A program made the position numbers and the translations under genes. From the NCBI RefSeq assembly GCF_001194135.2, contig NC_068981.1:37307235-37371234 (forward strand): a stretch of DNA of 64,000 nt, in the 5' to 3' direction. The number at the start of each line of letters is the position of its first letter. The stretch's first letter is position 1. This DNA comes from Octopus bimaculoides (lineage: Eukaryota). The notes beneath the pieces were generated by a model. The model searched no databases, had not been told where the DNA came from, and saw only the letters and a list, made by a program, of their open reading frames with translations. Below, one piece after another: positions 39,360 through 51,156 of this stretch.

Positions 39360-39854
39360 AGGGTACAAATAGGGATTCACTAAGGATGAGTTCTTAGCCC
39401 CCTCTTTTTCATCATAGTCCTCCAGGCAATAACAGAGGAATTTCAGATGGGCTGTCCCTGGGAGCTCCTCTATGCTGATATTTTTGTTCTCACATCTGAA
39501 TCACTTCCAGAACTAGAGAAGAAATTTCAGCTGTGGAAACAGGGTCTAGAGTCAAACGGCTTAGAGTTAATCTAGCAAAAACCAAAGTCTTAGTAAGTAG
39601 GAAAACCAACAAATCTCAATCCCTTCAGGTAGATGGCCCTAGTTGATCTGTAGAAAAGACGTAGGTAGAAACTTCATAAGACATACCTGGCATAAGCTAT
39701 GGACACATAAGAGGTGTAGCAATACCAGGGGAAGGTCAACACAAAAATAGCTTTTGTGTGTAGAAGGTGCACAGGTACAATAAACACTAAAAATGCACAG
39801 AAAATACACTCCATCCGATGCCAGGGGGGAAAGCTACAAGTAGTTGATAGCTTC
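39360..39854 (+). mobile_element. RTE-clade LINE internal RT fragment
   Basis: VQIGIH*G*VLSPLFFIIVLQAITEEFQMGCPWELLYADIFVL..ELEKKFQLWKQGLES..LRVNLAKTKVLV (RT domains 4-6), then a Cys-rich linker to LQVVDSF. Confidence 0.85.
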
Positions 39855-41311
39855 TGGCATTTATCCTTTTTATGGATGATATAAAGATTTATGCACAAAA
39901 ATGAGAAACAACTTGAAAAATGTTATGCATACTGTTAGCGTTTTCTCAAATGATGTAGGTATGGAATTTGGGATGGAAAAGTGCGCTATGTTGAAAATGA
40001 AATGAGGAAGATATGAAGGAAGCCAGGGAATTGAAATGCCAAATGGGCAAATAATGAAAGCAGTGGAGAATGGAGAGTGGTATAATCATTTTGGGATACT
40101 GGAAGCTGCTGAAATAAAACATGAAGAAATGAAAAAAATTACCAGTTGAGTACACAAGGAAAGTGAGAAAATTATTGCAGCCAAAGCTGAATGCAAAAAA
40201 TGTTATTGAAGCAATAAATGCATGAACAGAACCCCAAACCAGATATGGAGCTGGAATTGTAGACTCGTCCAAAAACAACATACAGAAAATTTACAGAAAA
40301 ACTATAATTCTGTTGACAATGTATGGAGCCTACCACCCGAAAGTTGATATCAACCAGTTGTACCTGAAGAGAAACCAGGGTAGAAGAGGCTTAATTGCCG
40401 TAGAAGAGTGTTTACAGTTGGCAAGAAAAAGCATACTAGAATATTTACTGAATAGTACAGAGTAACTACTTTAGACAGAGAATAAGGAAGTGGTGATTGA
40501 GTGTGAGATAGGAGAAAAGGACAAGAATGAAATTCAAAGAGAGCACTTTAGACATATTGAAGAGCAGCCTCTGCATGGTTAATTTTGGAGAGAATAAGTC
40601 AGAAAAATATAGTCTGTGGAACTTGGAATGAGATAGGGCCACGTTGTTGTTGAATGTCCCAAGTTGGCACAGGAAGAATATAAGAATGAAAGCATGACCA
40701 AGTAGTAAAAGTTAAACACTGGAAGCTTTGCTAGAAATGGGGACTTGAAGCTAAAAACACATGCTATGAACATCAGGTCGAAAGAGTGCAGAAGTCAGAG
40801 AATTATACGATTCTGTGGGACTTTCGTATTCAAACAAACAAGAAGCAAAAAGATAATAGACCAGACATAATAATAATAATAATAATATACAAGGGAAAGT
40901 GAAGTTGCCTACTAATTGATCCATCATGTTCATTTTATTCCAGGATTGTAAAGAAAGACGCCAAAAAAAGAAAAAGAAATAATCCCTTAAAATTTGAAGT
41001 TGCAAGTATTTGGACTATAAAAATTGTAATGGTTGTACCTATAATAATTGGTGCGTTGGGAACTGTAAGCGAAGATATAGATAAATGGCTGAAGAAGACT
41101 GGATTAGAACGCTCTCTAGAGCTTCCACAGAAACTTTGCTTCTTAGGGACAGGAAAAATTATCAGTAGTGTCTGAAGCACTTGAAAGACTATTGAAAGTT
41201 AGTGGATACCTAAGGTTACAGGTAGCAGCCCGTAACCCACATAAATTCTACCAGGAATAAGAAGGAACCTGAGTCAAATAAATAATAATAATAATATTAA
41301 TAATAATAATA

Positions 41312-41313
<2 letters not shown>
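39855..41313 (+). mobile_element. 5'-truncated R4/Dong-clade LINE (restriction-like endonuclease type), decayed, (TAA)n tail
   Basis: FFMDDIKIYA..FSNDVGMEFGMEKCA..GIEMPNG..LLTMYGAYHPKVDINQLYL..GRRGL; CCHC remnant ECPKLAQEEY..HDQVV..HW; RLE ILWDFRIQT..NRPDII..VPIIIGALG. Stop at ~41175, tail at 41281-41313. Confidence 0.9.

Positions 41314-41342
<29 letters not shown>
41313..41342. repeat. (GATA)n microsatellite between the two R4 elements
   Basis: Direct inspection. Confidence 0.95.
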
Positions 41343-41343
<1 letters not shown>

Positions 41344-42251
41344 AGCACTGTACAAGTACTTGAGAAGGAATGAAACTGAAAATAGGTGGATAAAGAAAAG
41401 AATGCATGGACAATTTCATAGAGATGTTGAAGATAAGACAGACAGAAAAAAAGAATGGCTATGGACGACTAAAAAATGATTTAAAACTGGAAATGAATGC
41501 TCTAATCTGTGCTGCCCAAGAGCAAGCACTGAGAATGAATTACATCAGATACAGAATAGACAACACATCAAAAAGTGATAAGTTCAGAATTTGTGGACGA
41601 AATGGTGAAACCGTGTGGTATATTATCAGTCAAGGCAGACCCTAGCCCAGGAAGATATAAGAGACGTCATGACAATATAGCAAGGGTTGTCCATTGGACA
41701 CTTTGCAACAAGTATGGACTTGACAGAACAAAAACGTGGTACAAACATAAACCTGAAGGCATCATCGAAAATGATAATGTAAAGATCCTGTGAGAATTTA
41801 TGAATCAGTGCGACTATGAGATAGAGAATAGCAAGCTAGACGTAGTGTTAATTGAGAAAGCAAAAGTTGCTGGAGCATAGATACAGGATGTCCAGCTGAC
41901 AAAAAGTTATGCGATAAGGAAGAAAGAAGAGTCAATAGATATGATTAGCTTGGGAGGTTAAGCAGTTGTGGTCGCTGAACAAGGTGGTAGTGGTACCAAT
42001 AATTGCCGGGAGCCCTAGGAACAGTGAGTAAAAATCTCGAGAAGTACATGGAACAAATAGGGGCTGCAATAAGGGTGGAGCACTTACAGAAAACAGCACT
42101 GCCTGGAACCACTCAAATACTCCGGATGGTGCTCGAAAAATAAGGAGTGTTACCTTAGTTCACTGGTAGTGAACAGCTGGTACCGTAGTACTTCTCCAGC
42201 GATAGAAGCTGTGCAAAGACAATAAATAATAATAATAAGAAGAAGAAGAAT
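41343..42251 (+). mobile_element. Second 5'-truncated R4/Dong-clade LINE, different subfamily, (TAA)n(AAG)n tail
   Basis: ALICAAQEQALRMNYIRYRID..KFRICGRNGETVWYIIS..YKRRHDNIARVVHWTLC..KHKPEGIIENDNVKIL..PIIAGSPRNS(fs)..LQKTALPGT..LRMVLEK* (stop 42141-42143). Tail at 42221-42251. Confidence 0.9.
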
Positions 42252-42494
42252 AGTAAATCATGTACATGTTTTGTCTTGGTATAAAAGATGAGCTACAGCA
42301 AATATTCTACTCAGTACCACCGATTTGCTTGTCCATTGTTTGACTTTTACCATTTGAGCGTGTCCCTTAGTGGCTGACGATATGTGCATCTCTGATAATG
42401 AGCAGGAGTAGTAGGGGAGCATCATGGCCATGTGTTGAGAGAAATTCTTTGGGCTGTGAATAATTCACCTCTGGAAATATGGGTGTTTTGTTCA
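42252..42494 (+). repeat. Unclassified interspersed repeat, possibly the 5' UTR of a third microsatellite-targeting element
   Basis: Non-coding and moderately GC-rich; starts immediately after the second (TAA)n tail. Identity recalled from octopus repeats, not verified. Confidence 0.35.
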
Positions 42495-42532
42495 GTTGCA
42501 GTGTATTCATTAATTCATAAGGATATAACATC

Positions 42533-42545
42533 TGGTGTTGAGGAT
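42533..42545 (+). promoter_or_regulatory. Probable Gypsy primer-binding site
   Basis: TGGTGTTGAGGAT lies 2 nt after an LTR-like end ...GATATAACA (42530). It is consistent with a CpG-decayed TGGCG(A/T)CGAGGA PBS typical of this group. Confidence 0.5.
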
Positions 42546-42679
42546 TATTTGAAACTCACATTGGTTATTTGACAATTTCTGTGTCATGGAAAACCTATTA
42601 GCCGCAGTAGTACAGCTTCAGGAGCTGCAAAAACAAATACAACAATAAAAATTTATTGAGTTACAGTTAACGAAAATCC

Positions 42680-43555
42680 AGTATGCTGGCTCATGTTTCG
42701 CGTTTGATAATAGAGACAGAGAAAAGATATAGCCAAATTGCAAAGGAAGCTCTAGCAATTATTTTTGCAGTTAAAAAATTTCCCAGGTTTCTGTATGGCA
42801 GAATTTTTTTATTGCAAACAGACCTTAGACATTTGCTGTCAATTTATCGGTCTTAAAAAGGGTTACCGACTCATACTGGGAACCACCTGCAACGTTGGGG
42901 TGTAATATTACTAAATTATAATTTCAAAATGCAATACATTCCATCAAAAAAAATCGGGATTAATTCCAAAAAATATGGAACCACTAGAAAAGACTGTTAT
43001 AGCCACACTGCAGGCAGAAAGTGAGATTAAAATGTTATGACGAACGTTATCCAAGAACTACCAGTGACGGCACAGGATATAAGTATGAAAGCTGCAAGTG
43101 ATGAGTATATTACGAAAATAAAAGCAACTCTAAAAAATAAACAGAATAAAAATTCAGATGTCAGTTGGTTTTCAATTTGTGATGATATTCTGATGTATGC
43201 CCAAAGAGTGGTGGTTCCAAGTACATTACAAAAAAGTGTATTGCAACAATTTCACAACATACATCCAGGAACGGCAAGGATGAAGACTTTGATGAGGAGT
43301 TATGTCTATTGGCCGTCTATGGACCGAGATATGGAAAACTTGATGAGAACGTGCCTGAGGTGCATGAGGTTGCATGCTCGCAGCCGAAGACCCACCGGTA
43401 AAATATCAATTGTGGCCAGAAACGGAGAACCCATGGTCTACACATTGACTATGCCGGACTGGTAAATGGTACTTACAACCTAATCGTAATAGATAACCGT
43501 GCTAGGTAGCCAAAGGTTTGCAGGTGCTATAGACCAACCTCTAAGATAACTACAA
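42680..43555 (+). mobile_element. RNase H-integrase fragment from a related but different Gypsy, sitting inside gag
   Basis: AHVSRL..ETEKRYSQIAKEALAIIFAVKKF..LQRWGVILLNYNF; FHNIHPGTARMKTLMRSYVYWPSMD; ENPWSTLHIDYAG. Flanked on both sides by gag-like sequence. Confidence 0.85.
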
Positions 43556-46500
43556 AGTTGAAATTAATGAATAGTAAGTAATCCAAAAATGGTGAAAAAA
43601 TGTTCTCACCAGACTATGTTGCGAACTCAGTAACGGAATTTAAGTATGAACCAGATGAAGGAGTTACTTTTGAGGCGTACTGCAGAATATACGAACAGAT
43701 CTTCAATAAAGAGTGCAAAGATTGGGACGACAATAGGAAAATGAATTTAATCCTAAGAACACTGGCAGCAGGTGAATGTGAGTATCACAGCAATTACGTA
43801 CTCTCGAAAAAACCTGAGATAAACTTTAAAAATAGACATATTGTGTAAAACTTTAAGCAAGTAAATCACGTTGTAAATGTTTGAACCTAGAAAAATAAAA
43901 CAACGAGGAGGACTACATCACATATGCTGGTAGAGTTAACAGAGAATCTGAATAGTTCAAACTGGTCAAATTAATGCCAGATATGTTTAAATGCCCGATA
44001 TGTTTAAATGCCCGATATTTATTCAGGGAATAACTGCAGAAAATGACACAGAAATAAAAACAAGAACTCTTGCTAAGCTGGAACAAAACTAAGCTGTAAC
44101 CTTACAACAAGTGTCAGAAGAGTGTGAAAGAATAGTAAATTTAAGACACGACGCACAAAAGATTGAACATAAAGACTGCTCCTAAGTGAAGCAAGTGCGA
44201 AACAGGCTGAATAGAAATCAATTGTGTACTAAAATACAGTATAAACAGGACAAAACTCAAGAAACAAACCCATGTTTTGCGTGTGGAGGACTACACATAA
44301 CAAAAAAATTGCCCATTTAAGAAAGCGGAATGTTTCCATTGTGGAAAAATTGGACACAGTGTAAAACCAAGATGACAAAACACTGGAACAAAGAAAAAAG
44401 AATAAAACAAGATAACGTCGAAAGAAAATGGTAATGTAATGAAGAGAAAGGTTGTAAATGTAAAAATTGAAAATATAAGAGTAAAAATCTAGTTAGATAC
44501 TGGAAGTGATATTACCATTGTGAATGAAGAAATTTGGAAGTATATTGCTAAGCCAAAATTAAGTAAATCTACAAAAGCAGCACACGGTGTTACGGGTAAA
44601 AGATTATATTTTGAAGGTGAATTTATGTGTAATGTGACATTTCATGACCAAATGGAAATGGCAAAAGTATATGTGTTACAAAATTCGGTTAATCTGTTCG
44701 GCACAGAGTAGATGGCACTGTTGAAATTGTGGAAAACGCCCATAAGTGTTTTAGTCGGTTCAGTCGAAGGTTCGAATGCGGCTGAAGGATTGAAACAAAA
44801 ATAAAACATATATTTCCAGATGTTTTCTCGGATGAACTGGACTGCTGCACGAAAACGAAGGCAAAAATTGAAGTAAAACAAAGTGCAACAACTGTACTTA
44901 AGCCAAAACGTAATGTACCGTTTACAGCGCAAGAGCATTTAAGGAAGGAACTTGAAAGACTTGAAAGCCTAGGAATAATCAAGAAGACAGACCACTCAGA
45001 TTGGGCATTACGTACGCTCTACGTAAAAAAGAAAAATAAGTTAAGCAAATATCTTTAGAATTTGTGCAATGGGGTTGGATGATTGCTTAATCTCACATAA
45101 CTACCCATTGCTGAGTCCTGAGGAAGTGTTCGCAAAACTGAATGGAGGGAAATTCTTCCCAAAATTAGAACTCTCGGAGGCAAATTTACAAATCCAAGTA
45201 GAAAAAGAATGCTCACACTTATTAGCCATTAATAAACACCGTGGCTTAATTAAATTTAAGCGGCTTCTTTTCAGTGTAAAAATGGCCCCTTCCATATTTC
45301 AACAAGTAATGGCTACAATGCTGGTGGGCAATGATTTTGCTGTCGCCTATTTTGACAATATCCTAATAAAAAGCAATTCACACAAACAACATGTAGAATA
45401 CGTAAAGAGGGTATTCGAAAAGGTAAGAGAATATGGTTTTAAGTTGAGTGAAGAAAAGTGCGAGTTCTTTCTGAAAATAATTAAATACTTGGGCTAGATT
45501 ATAAGTAAAAACGGATGGGAACCAGATCCATCCAGAACAACTGTGATAAAAAAATATGCCCACGCCGAATAATGTGACTGATACAAGCATTCTTGGAATT
45601 AGTAAATTACTACCAAATTTATATTCCTAATATACACAATTTAAGGGTCCCGCTAAATGATTTGTTAAAGTAACATGCAAAATGGTGCTGGACTGATAAG
45701 GACCAGATGGCATTTGACGAATTAAAAAACATTTTAACATCGAACTTATCGTTAGCGCATTTTGATCCGAAGCTGGATACCATGTTGGCTACAGATGTGA
45801 ACGATTACAGTGTAGGAGCCGTGTTGGTGTACAAATATAACGGTGGGAGTAAAAAAAGCCATAGCCCATGCGTCACGATCGTTATTACCAACAGAAAGGA
45901 ACTACAAGCAAATAGAAAAGGAAATGTTAGCAGTCATATCTGGTGTAAAAAATTCCATAGATTTATTCATGGAAGAAGTTTCTGTCTACAAACTTATCCT
46001 CACCCACTACTGTCAATATACGGTTCTAAAAAAAAAAAACGAATACCAACACACAAGAGAATAGACTACAGCGATGGGACACTGCATTATTGAATTGTGA
46101 TTAGAAAATGGAATATTTACTGTCAAGAAAACTAGAATATGTGGGTTGTTTGTCCAGACTGATACCGGATCACTGCGAGCCATTCGAAGATACGGTAATC
46201 GCAGCCCTAAGATCGGAAGGAGAAATATAAATATGTAATGTAGGATGTGGTACACGAATTACTGGCGACCGTTGATGACATAAAACAAAATGCACAAAAG
46301 GACAAATTCATAATAGAAAAGAAACGAATACTGTGGACAGGTAAAGTAAATAGGAACACGATTGGTGCGAAACGAAACCAAGATATGAACCTATACTCAA
46401 TTTGTGATGGGATACTGGTGTATGTACAGAGAGTAGTGATACCTGAAATACTGCAAAAGAAAATGTTGAGGGAATTCCATGTTGGACATCCTGGTATTTT

Positions 46501-47434
46501 GAAGATGAAAGCTTTAATGTGTAGTTATGTATACTGGCCAAAAATGGACAGAGAAATCGAAACTTTAGTTAAAGATTGCAGCGGATGTGCTCTAGTGGCA
46601 AAATTACCAACGATAAAAAGTGAACTTTGTAATAAAGTAGATGTGCCATGGTCGAGACTATACATCGATTTCGCTGGTCCCTTAAACGTTTCATACTACT
46701 TAGTGTTGGTGATAGTTTCTCTAAATGGCCAGAAATTTGTAAGTGTAAAAAGCCGACCTCCTCAACTACGACACATTTTCTACATGAGTTGCTTGCAATA
46801 TTTTGCATCCCAGACATTATATTACCTAAAAATGGAACGCAATTTGTGCCTTTTGGGTTTCAAAAGTTTTGTTAAACGTTCACTGTAGAACATGTAACTA
46901 TGGCACCATACTATTCCAAATCTAATGGACAAGCAGAATGCTTTGGCGATACGTTCAAGAGAGCCCTAAGAAAGTCGAATTAGGAAGTCATGGATGAGGT
47001 TGTTCTACAAGTCTTAAGAGTATACTGTGTGACACCAAATCCAAACACACCAACAGATATGTCACCAGTGGAGCTGATGTTTGCGAGGAAAATAAAATCA
47101 GTCTTCGACAAATTAATACCTGGTAAGAAAAGAAAAATTGCAATGAATAATACAGCAAGATATTTCCAAATTTGTGAAAATATATTTGTAAGGACATATA
47201 AGAGTAGAAAATAAAGTTGGAAAGATGGCGTGATTACCAAACGCATAGGAAAAATGCTGTACTTGGTAAAAGGAAGAAGAGGGTACACAAGAGACATCAA
47301 TCAACTAAAAAAAGTTTCATTGAGAGCGAACACAAGAGAATGAAAGAACCAGTGGAATGGTTATATGATACTTTTCAAGTACCAACGCCACTACAAATAA
47401 TTGAACCCGGATGCACAAGTGAAAGAAAAAGAAA

Positions 47435-48113
47435 TGATCATGGCCTTCTTTGAAGCAGGTGGAGTGGGTTGCATGGATGGATTGTCTCTTTGTCCCTGGC
47501 TCAACATGAATTCAACACTCATCCTAGGTTAAAAACGTTCAAGGAAACTAGTTGGATCTGCTTCAAACAATGTTAGATTTTGCCATGATGTGATCAACCT
47601 CAGGTACTTTTGATCAGGTGTCATAAGACCAAGTACAAACTTTCGTCATGCTCAGTTCATTGTGCAGAAAATTCTCAACTCTCTCATGGGATATGTTAAT
47701 AACATTGGCCATTTGAATTATAGTTCATCGCTTGTTATCCATCACCATGTGGTGAAAATGATCAATATTTGTTTTTTGGTGATGGCAGTTGCTGGGCATC
47801 CAGATCTTGGATTAACTTCAATACTTTCCCTCCCCTCCGAAATTCATCTGCCTGCTTTGGCACTGTTGATAAAGTTGGAGTGTCATCCCCTAATGTTGAA
47901 ACCATGTCAGCATGAAAGTTCTGTGAGCTAAACCCTTTGTCTGTAGGCATTTGATAATACCACAATGCAAATTCTGCCCATTTTCAAAAGAACTGGCTAC
48001 TAGTTATATTTGATGTATTCTTTGAACTATCAGATATCAGATTACCTGGAAAGAAACAATGCTCTAGCATGGCTCCTTCATCGCCAGCCTAAGAACTTTT
48101 CAGCCCACTCTCG
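47435..48113 (-). mobile_element. 5' half of a mariner transposon, same family as 1071-2394
   Basis: TIR CGAGAGTGGGCTGAAAAGTTCTTAGGCTGGC ends at 48113. Minus translation FHADMVSTLGDDTPTLSTV..EFRRG..RSGCPATA..HPTPPASKKA, truncated at the Gypsy junction. Confidence 0.9.
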
Positions 48114-51098
48114 CTGTTATGCTTGTTTACTCAAATAGAAGCATGGTTTGCTACCTATCATCCTTCCTGGTTTAATAAACTGCATTCTTATTTAGTACAG
48201 GGTGGGACATTACTGAATATACATTCCTTTCAAAATATGTGACTGTTATAAATTATTGTAACCTCATTTTTATTTGTCGTATTTATTTCTGTGCTGCATA
48301 AGTGTATGTGTGTATTGAGATATAAATATATATATATATATATATATATGAAGAAGTGCTATATTTCTATAATATATATTGATCGGACATTACCGTTTGT
48401 TATACATGCTTTTGTTTCAATTTCTAGGGCTTTACTTTAATTCTCAAGCTATGGATCATTAGTCTCAGATGAATGCATGTTTGTCACAGACAGGTTTATC
48501 GTCTCTTAATGGTACTTTCTATGTTTTTTCCGCCAGATTTTTATTGTCTCTTTACATTTCCTTTGATTTTTTTTTTGTATATTTTTCTGTTTTGTATTAT
48601 GAACTGTTATTGTGAAGCCTCTTCTCTTCCTTGTGATTTGCATTCCTTTTTCCTAGAATTTGCCAGCTGTTATATCGATTTAAGTGACACATTTGTTTTA
48701 CTATATTTATGTGGATATAAAATCTGGAGCAGTTTTTTCTTTGTTACATTTGAAGCAGAAGATTATTCTACTAGTGACTGATGGGTTTTTTTTTTGTATG
48801 TAGCCCTTAAATAGTATGTTTCTTTCTGAACACAACTGGTACACATATGCCTTTGGATTGTGCGACCTCTACAGGTTTTGTATTCCTATTCTTAATATTT
48901 TTTCTTTAACTGATGATATTGAAGCTCTGAGTTATCAGAGAGATAGCTATTGTATTTTTCATTCATTTTCTTTTCATTTTATCATTTTATCTTATTTTCT
49001 TCAATATACATCACTAGCACACTTACCAATCCAAGACTCTATTGTGATGCATGCACTGGAAATCTTTTTAGTCATTCTAGGTTGAATTTTTCTTGGTACA
49101 TACTTTCAAGCCATTTGTAAAGATGAAGTGGCTGTTTTTCACCTTTTAAGCTGAAATTACAATATGAATTCTTGAGTATTTCATAATGAGATCAATACAG
49201 ATGTAAGTGTGAAGTAATGGCAAACAATAATGCTTCAGAGTTTTATCTGCTTTATATTCTGTCATGTTGTTCTATTGCAGAGAAATATAGATATCATTTT
49301 TACTTTTGTTTGAGACAAAGAGTTAGATGCCAGAGAGCTCTGTTCTCTTCTAGGATTAACATATTGAAAGCAAAAAGAATTTTTTGTGAAGAAAGGCACT
49401 TTCACTACCAGGAATTCCGTAACATTTGAACATTACCCTATATACCAGCTAAGCAGAAGTTCTGACTTTAGGCATTAAAACATTATAGATTTTTGAGATT
49501 TGCAAAAAATATATGGTGCAAAATTTCTGCCTCAAATATAACAAAAAGAAGTGGTGATGGCACTGTTTCGTCAGTTATCCCCATTCTAGAGAATTAATTA
49601 AAGACAGAAAACTTAGACACCTTCGAATAAAATTTGGAACAAAGGAAAAAAACTGCATTAGGAAGAAATACAATTTAGATGTGAAAACATGCAAAATCTA
49701 TCCAGGAAAACAATATATTGTAAATGATAATGCTTCCTTACTCAATGTGTTTATCCAGAAAAAGGGCAAGAAAGGAGGTTATGTACATATGCCTAGAAAT
49801 AAGAAAAGAGGGAAAAATTGTTTCCCATATAAATGTCTCCTTATTTAAGAAAAGGATCTTAAGAAAAGTGACATAACTCAGCTTTAAAAAAAACAGAAAA
49901 ACTCCTGAAGTACGCTTCTGTTCTGGAATAGGATATATGAAAGCCTGTGCTTAGTCTCAAAAATCAGGAACGGACTGAGAAAACAAAAGTGGCCGGTGCT
50001 CTACACACATACCAACTGGTTCAGGCCACGGTAATTCGTAAAGATATTGTAATCGTATTGAACTTTGGCTTGTATTAACTACACCATGCTGTTCCATATA
50101 CACCAGTATGAATAGGTACTGAGCGGGCATTTGTCTTGTAAGATATGATCTGTTAGAAGTTGTATGAACATCCAGATCTTGAAACCTTCCACTCCCGAAT
50201 ACCATATGTCTATTCTGGACTATGATTAAGGATGCTACAAGCTCTTTTTCCAGAAAACTACTGACGTTAGTTCCAAGATTAATTAGAGCGAGCTAAAGCA
50301 AAGGAAATCATGTTATCATCAATGGCACAAGCAGCATAGTCCGACGAAGTCAAGCACCAAGAAGCTGAGGAATTCGTATTCCAGCATAATACCAGCTAAA
50401 GTTTCCATACACTTACGCTAATGGGAGGAAGATGAAAACTGAAGCATAATGGGAAACAATAAAATAAGAAAAAAAGGACAAAACTGAATCCAGACAAAAT
50501 TAGTACTGAAGGCTCGAAATTCCTAGTGAAAATGAGCCTACTCTGTACTGCCTGAATTCCAAAGAGACAGTCTAAGCTTATTTGAACGAAGAAAAGAAGT
50601 GAAAGAGGCTAAAACAAATATTGTGCTGTGTAACAAGACTCCTTCTCAATTTTGAACCATCAAGCTCAGGACTATGTATTACCATACTGCCATAAAAAAC
50701 AAAGCCTGTTATGAAAACTTGTATTACCATAAAAGGCATTAACTGCTATGAAAACATGGCTCAGGTAATCAGATAGGCGAATGTGTGACCAAGTGAGCTG
50801 GAATCTTTCCATCAAATTTTATTTGGTTGAACATTCTAGAAACCATATTAAGCGTTATGAAAGCCTGATATTTTGAATATCTTGAAGGAACAAGCTGAGG
50901 TGCTCCTCGAAGCTACGTCAGTCCCTTTGGAATAAGGCGTTCCTATGTCTGCGATTTAATTTACTTTCAAGGATTATGAACGTCCTCTGAATTCAGATTT
51001 AACATATAATGCAATGAAAATATGTACTTATTCCAGTCGATATCTCTTGAATGGTGTTCTATTTAGTCAGCTCAACTGCATACATATCTATCTATCTA

Positions 51099-51102
<4 letters not shown>

Positions 51103-51150
<48 letters not shown>
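51103..51150. repeat. (TA)n microsatellite
   Basis: Direct inspection; others at 52684-52717 and 53454-53487. Confidence 0.97.

Positions 51151-51156
<6 letters not shown>

Larger units (their letters stand above)
42495..47434 (+). mobile_element. Decayed Ty3/Gypsy LTR retrotransposon (Mag/K02A2.6-like); 5' LTR remnant only, 3' LTR absent
   Basis: gag MENLLAAVVQLQ (42586)..MFSPDYVANSVTEFKYEPDEGVTFEAY; zinc knuckles CFACGGLH..C / CFHCGKIGH (~44275-44360); protease LDTGSD (~44495); RT NYPLLSPEEVFAKLNGG..VAYFDNILIK; RNase H IAHASRSL..QIEKEMLA; integrase FHVGHPG..YVYWPKMD..PWSRLYIDFAGP..PYYSKSNGQAE. Domain order PR-RT-RH-IN. Confidence 0.95.

Noticed and set aside
43975-44015. 17-bp tandem duplication GATATGTTTAAATGCCC in Gypsy gag
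   Set aside because: Ordinary post-insertion decay.
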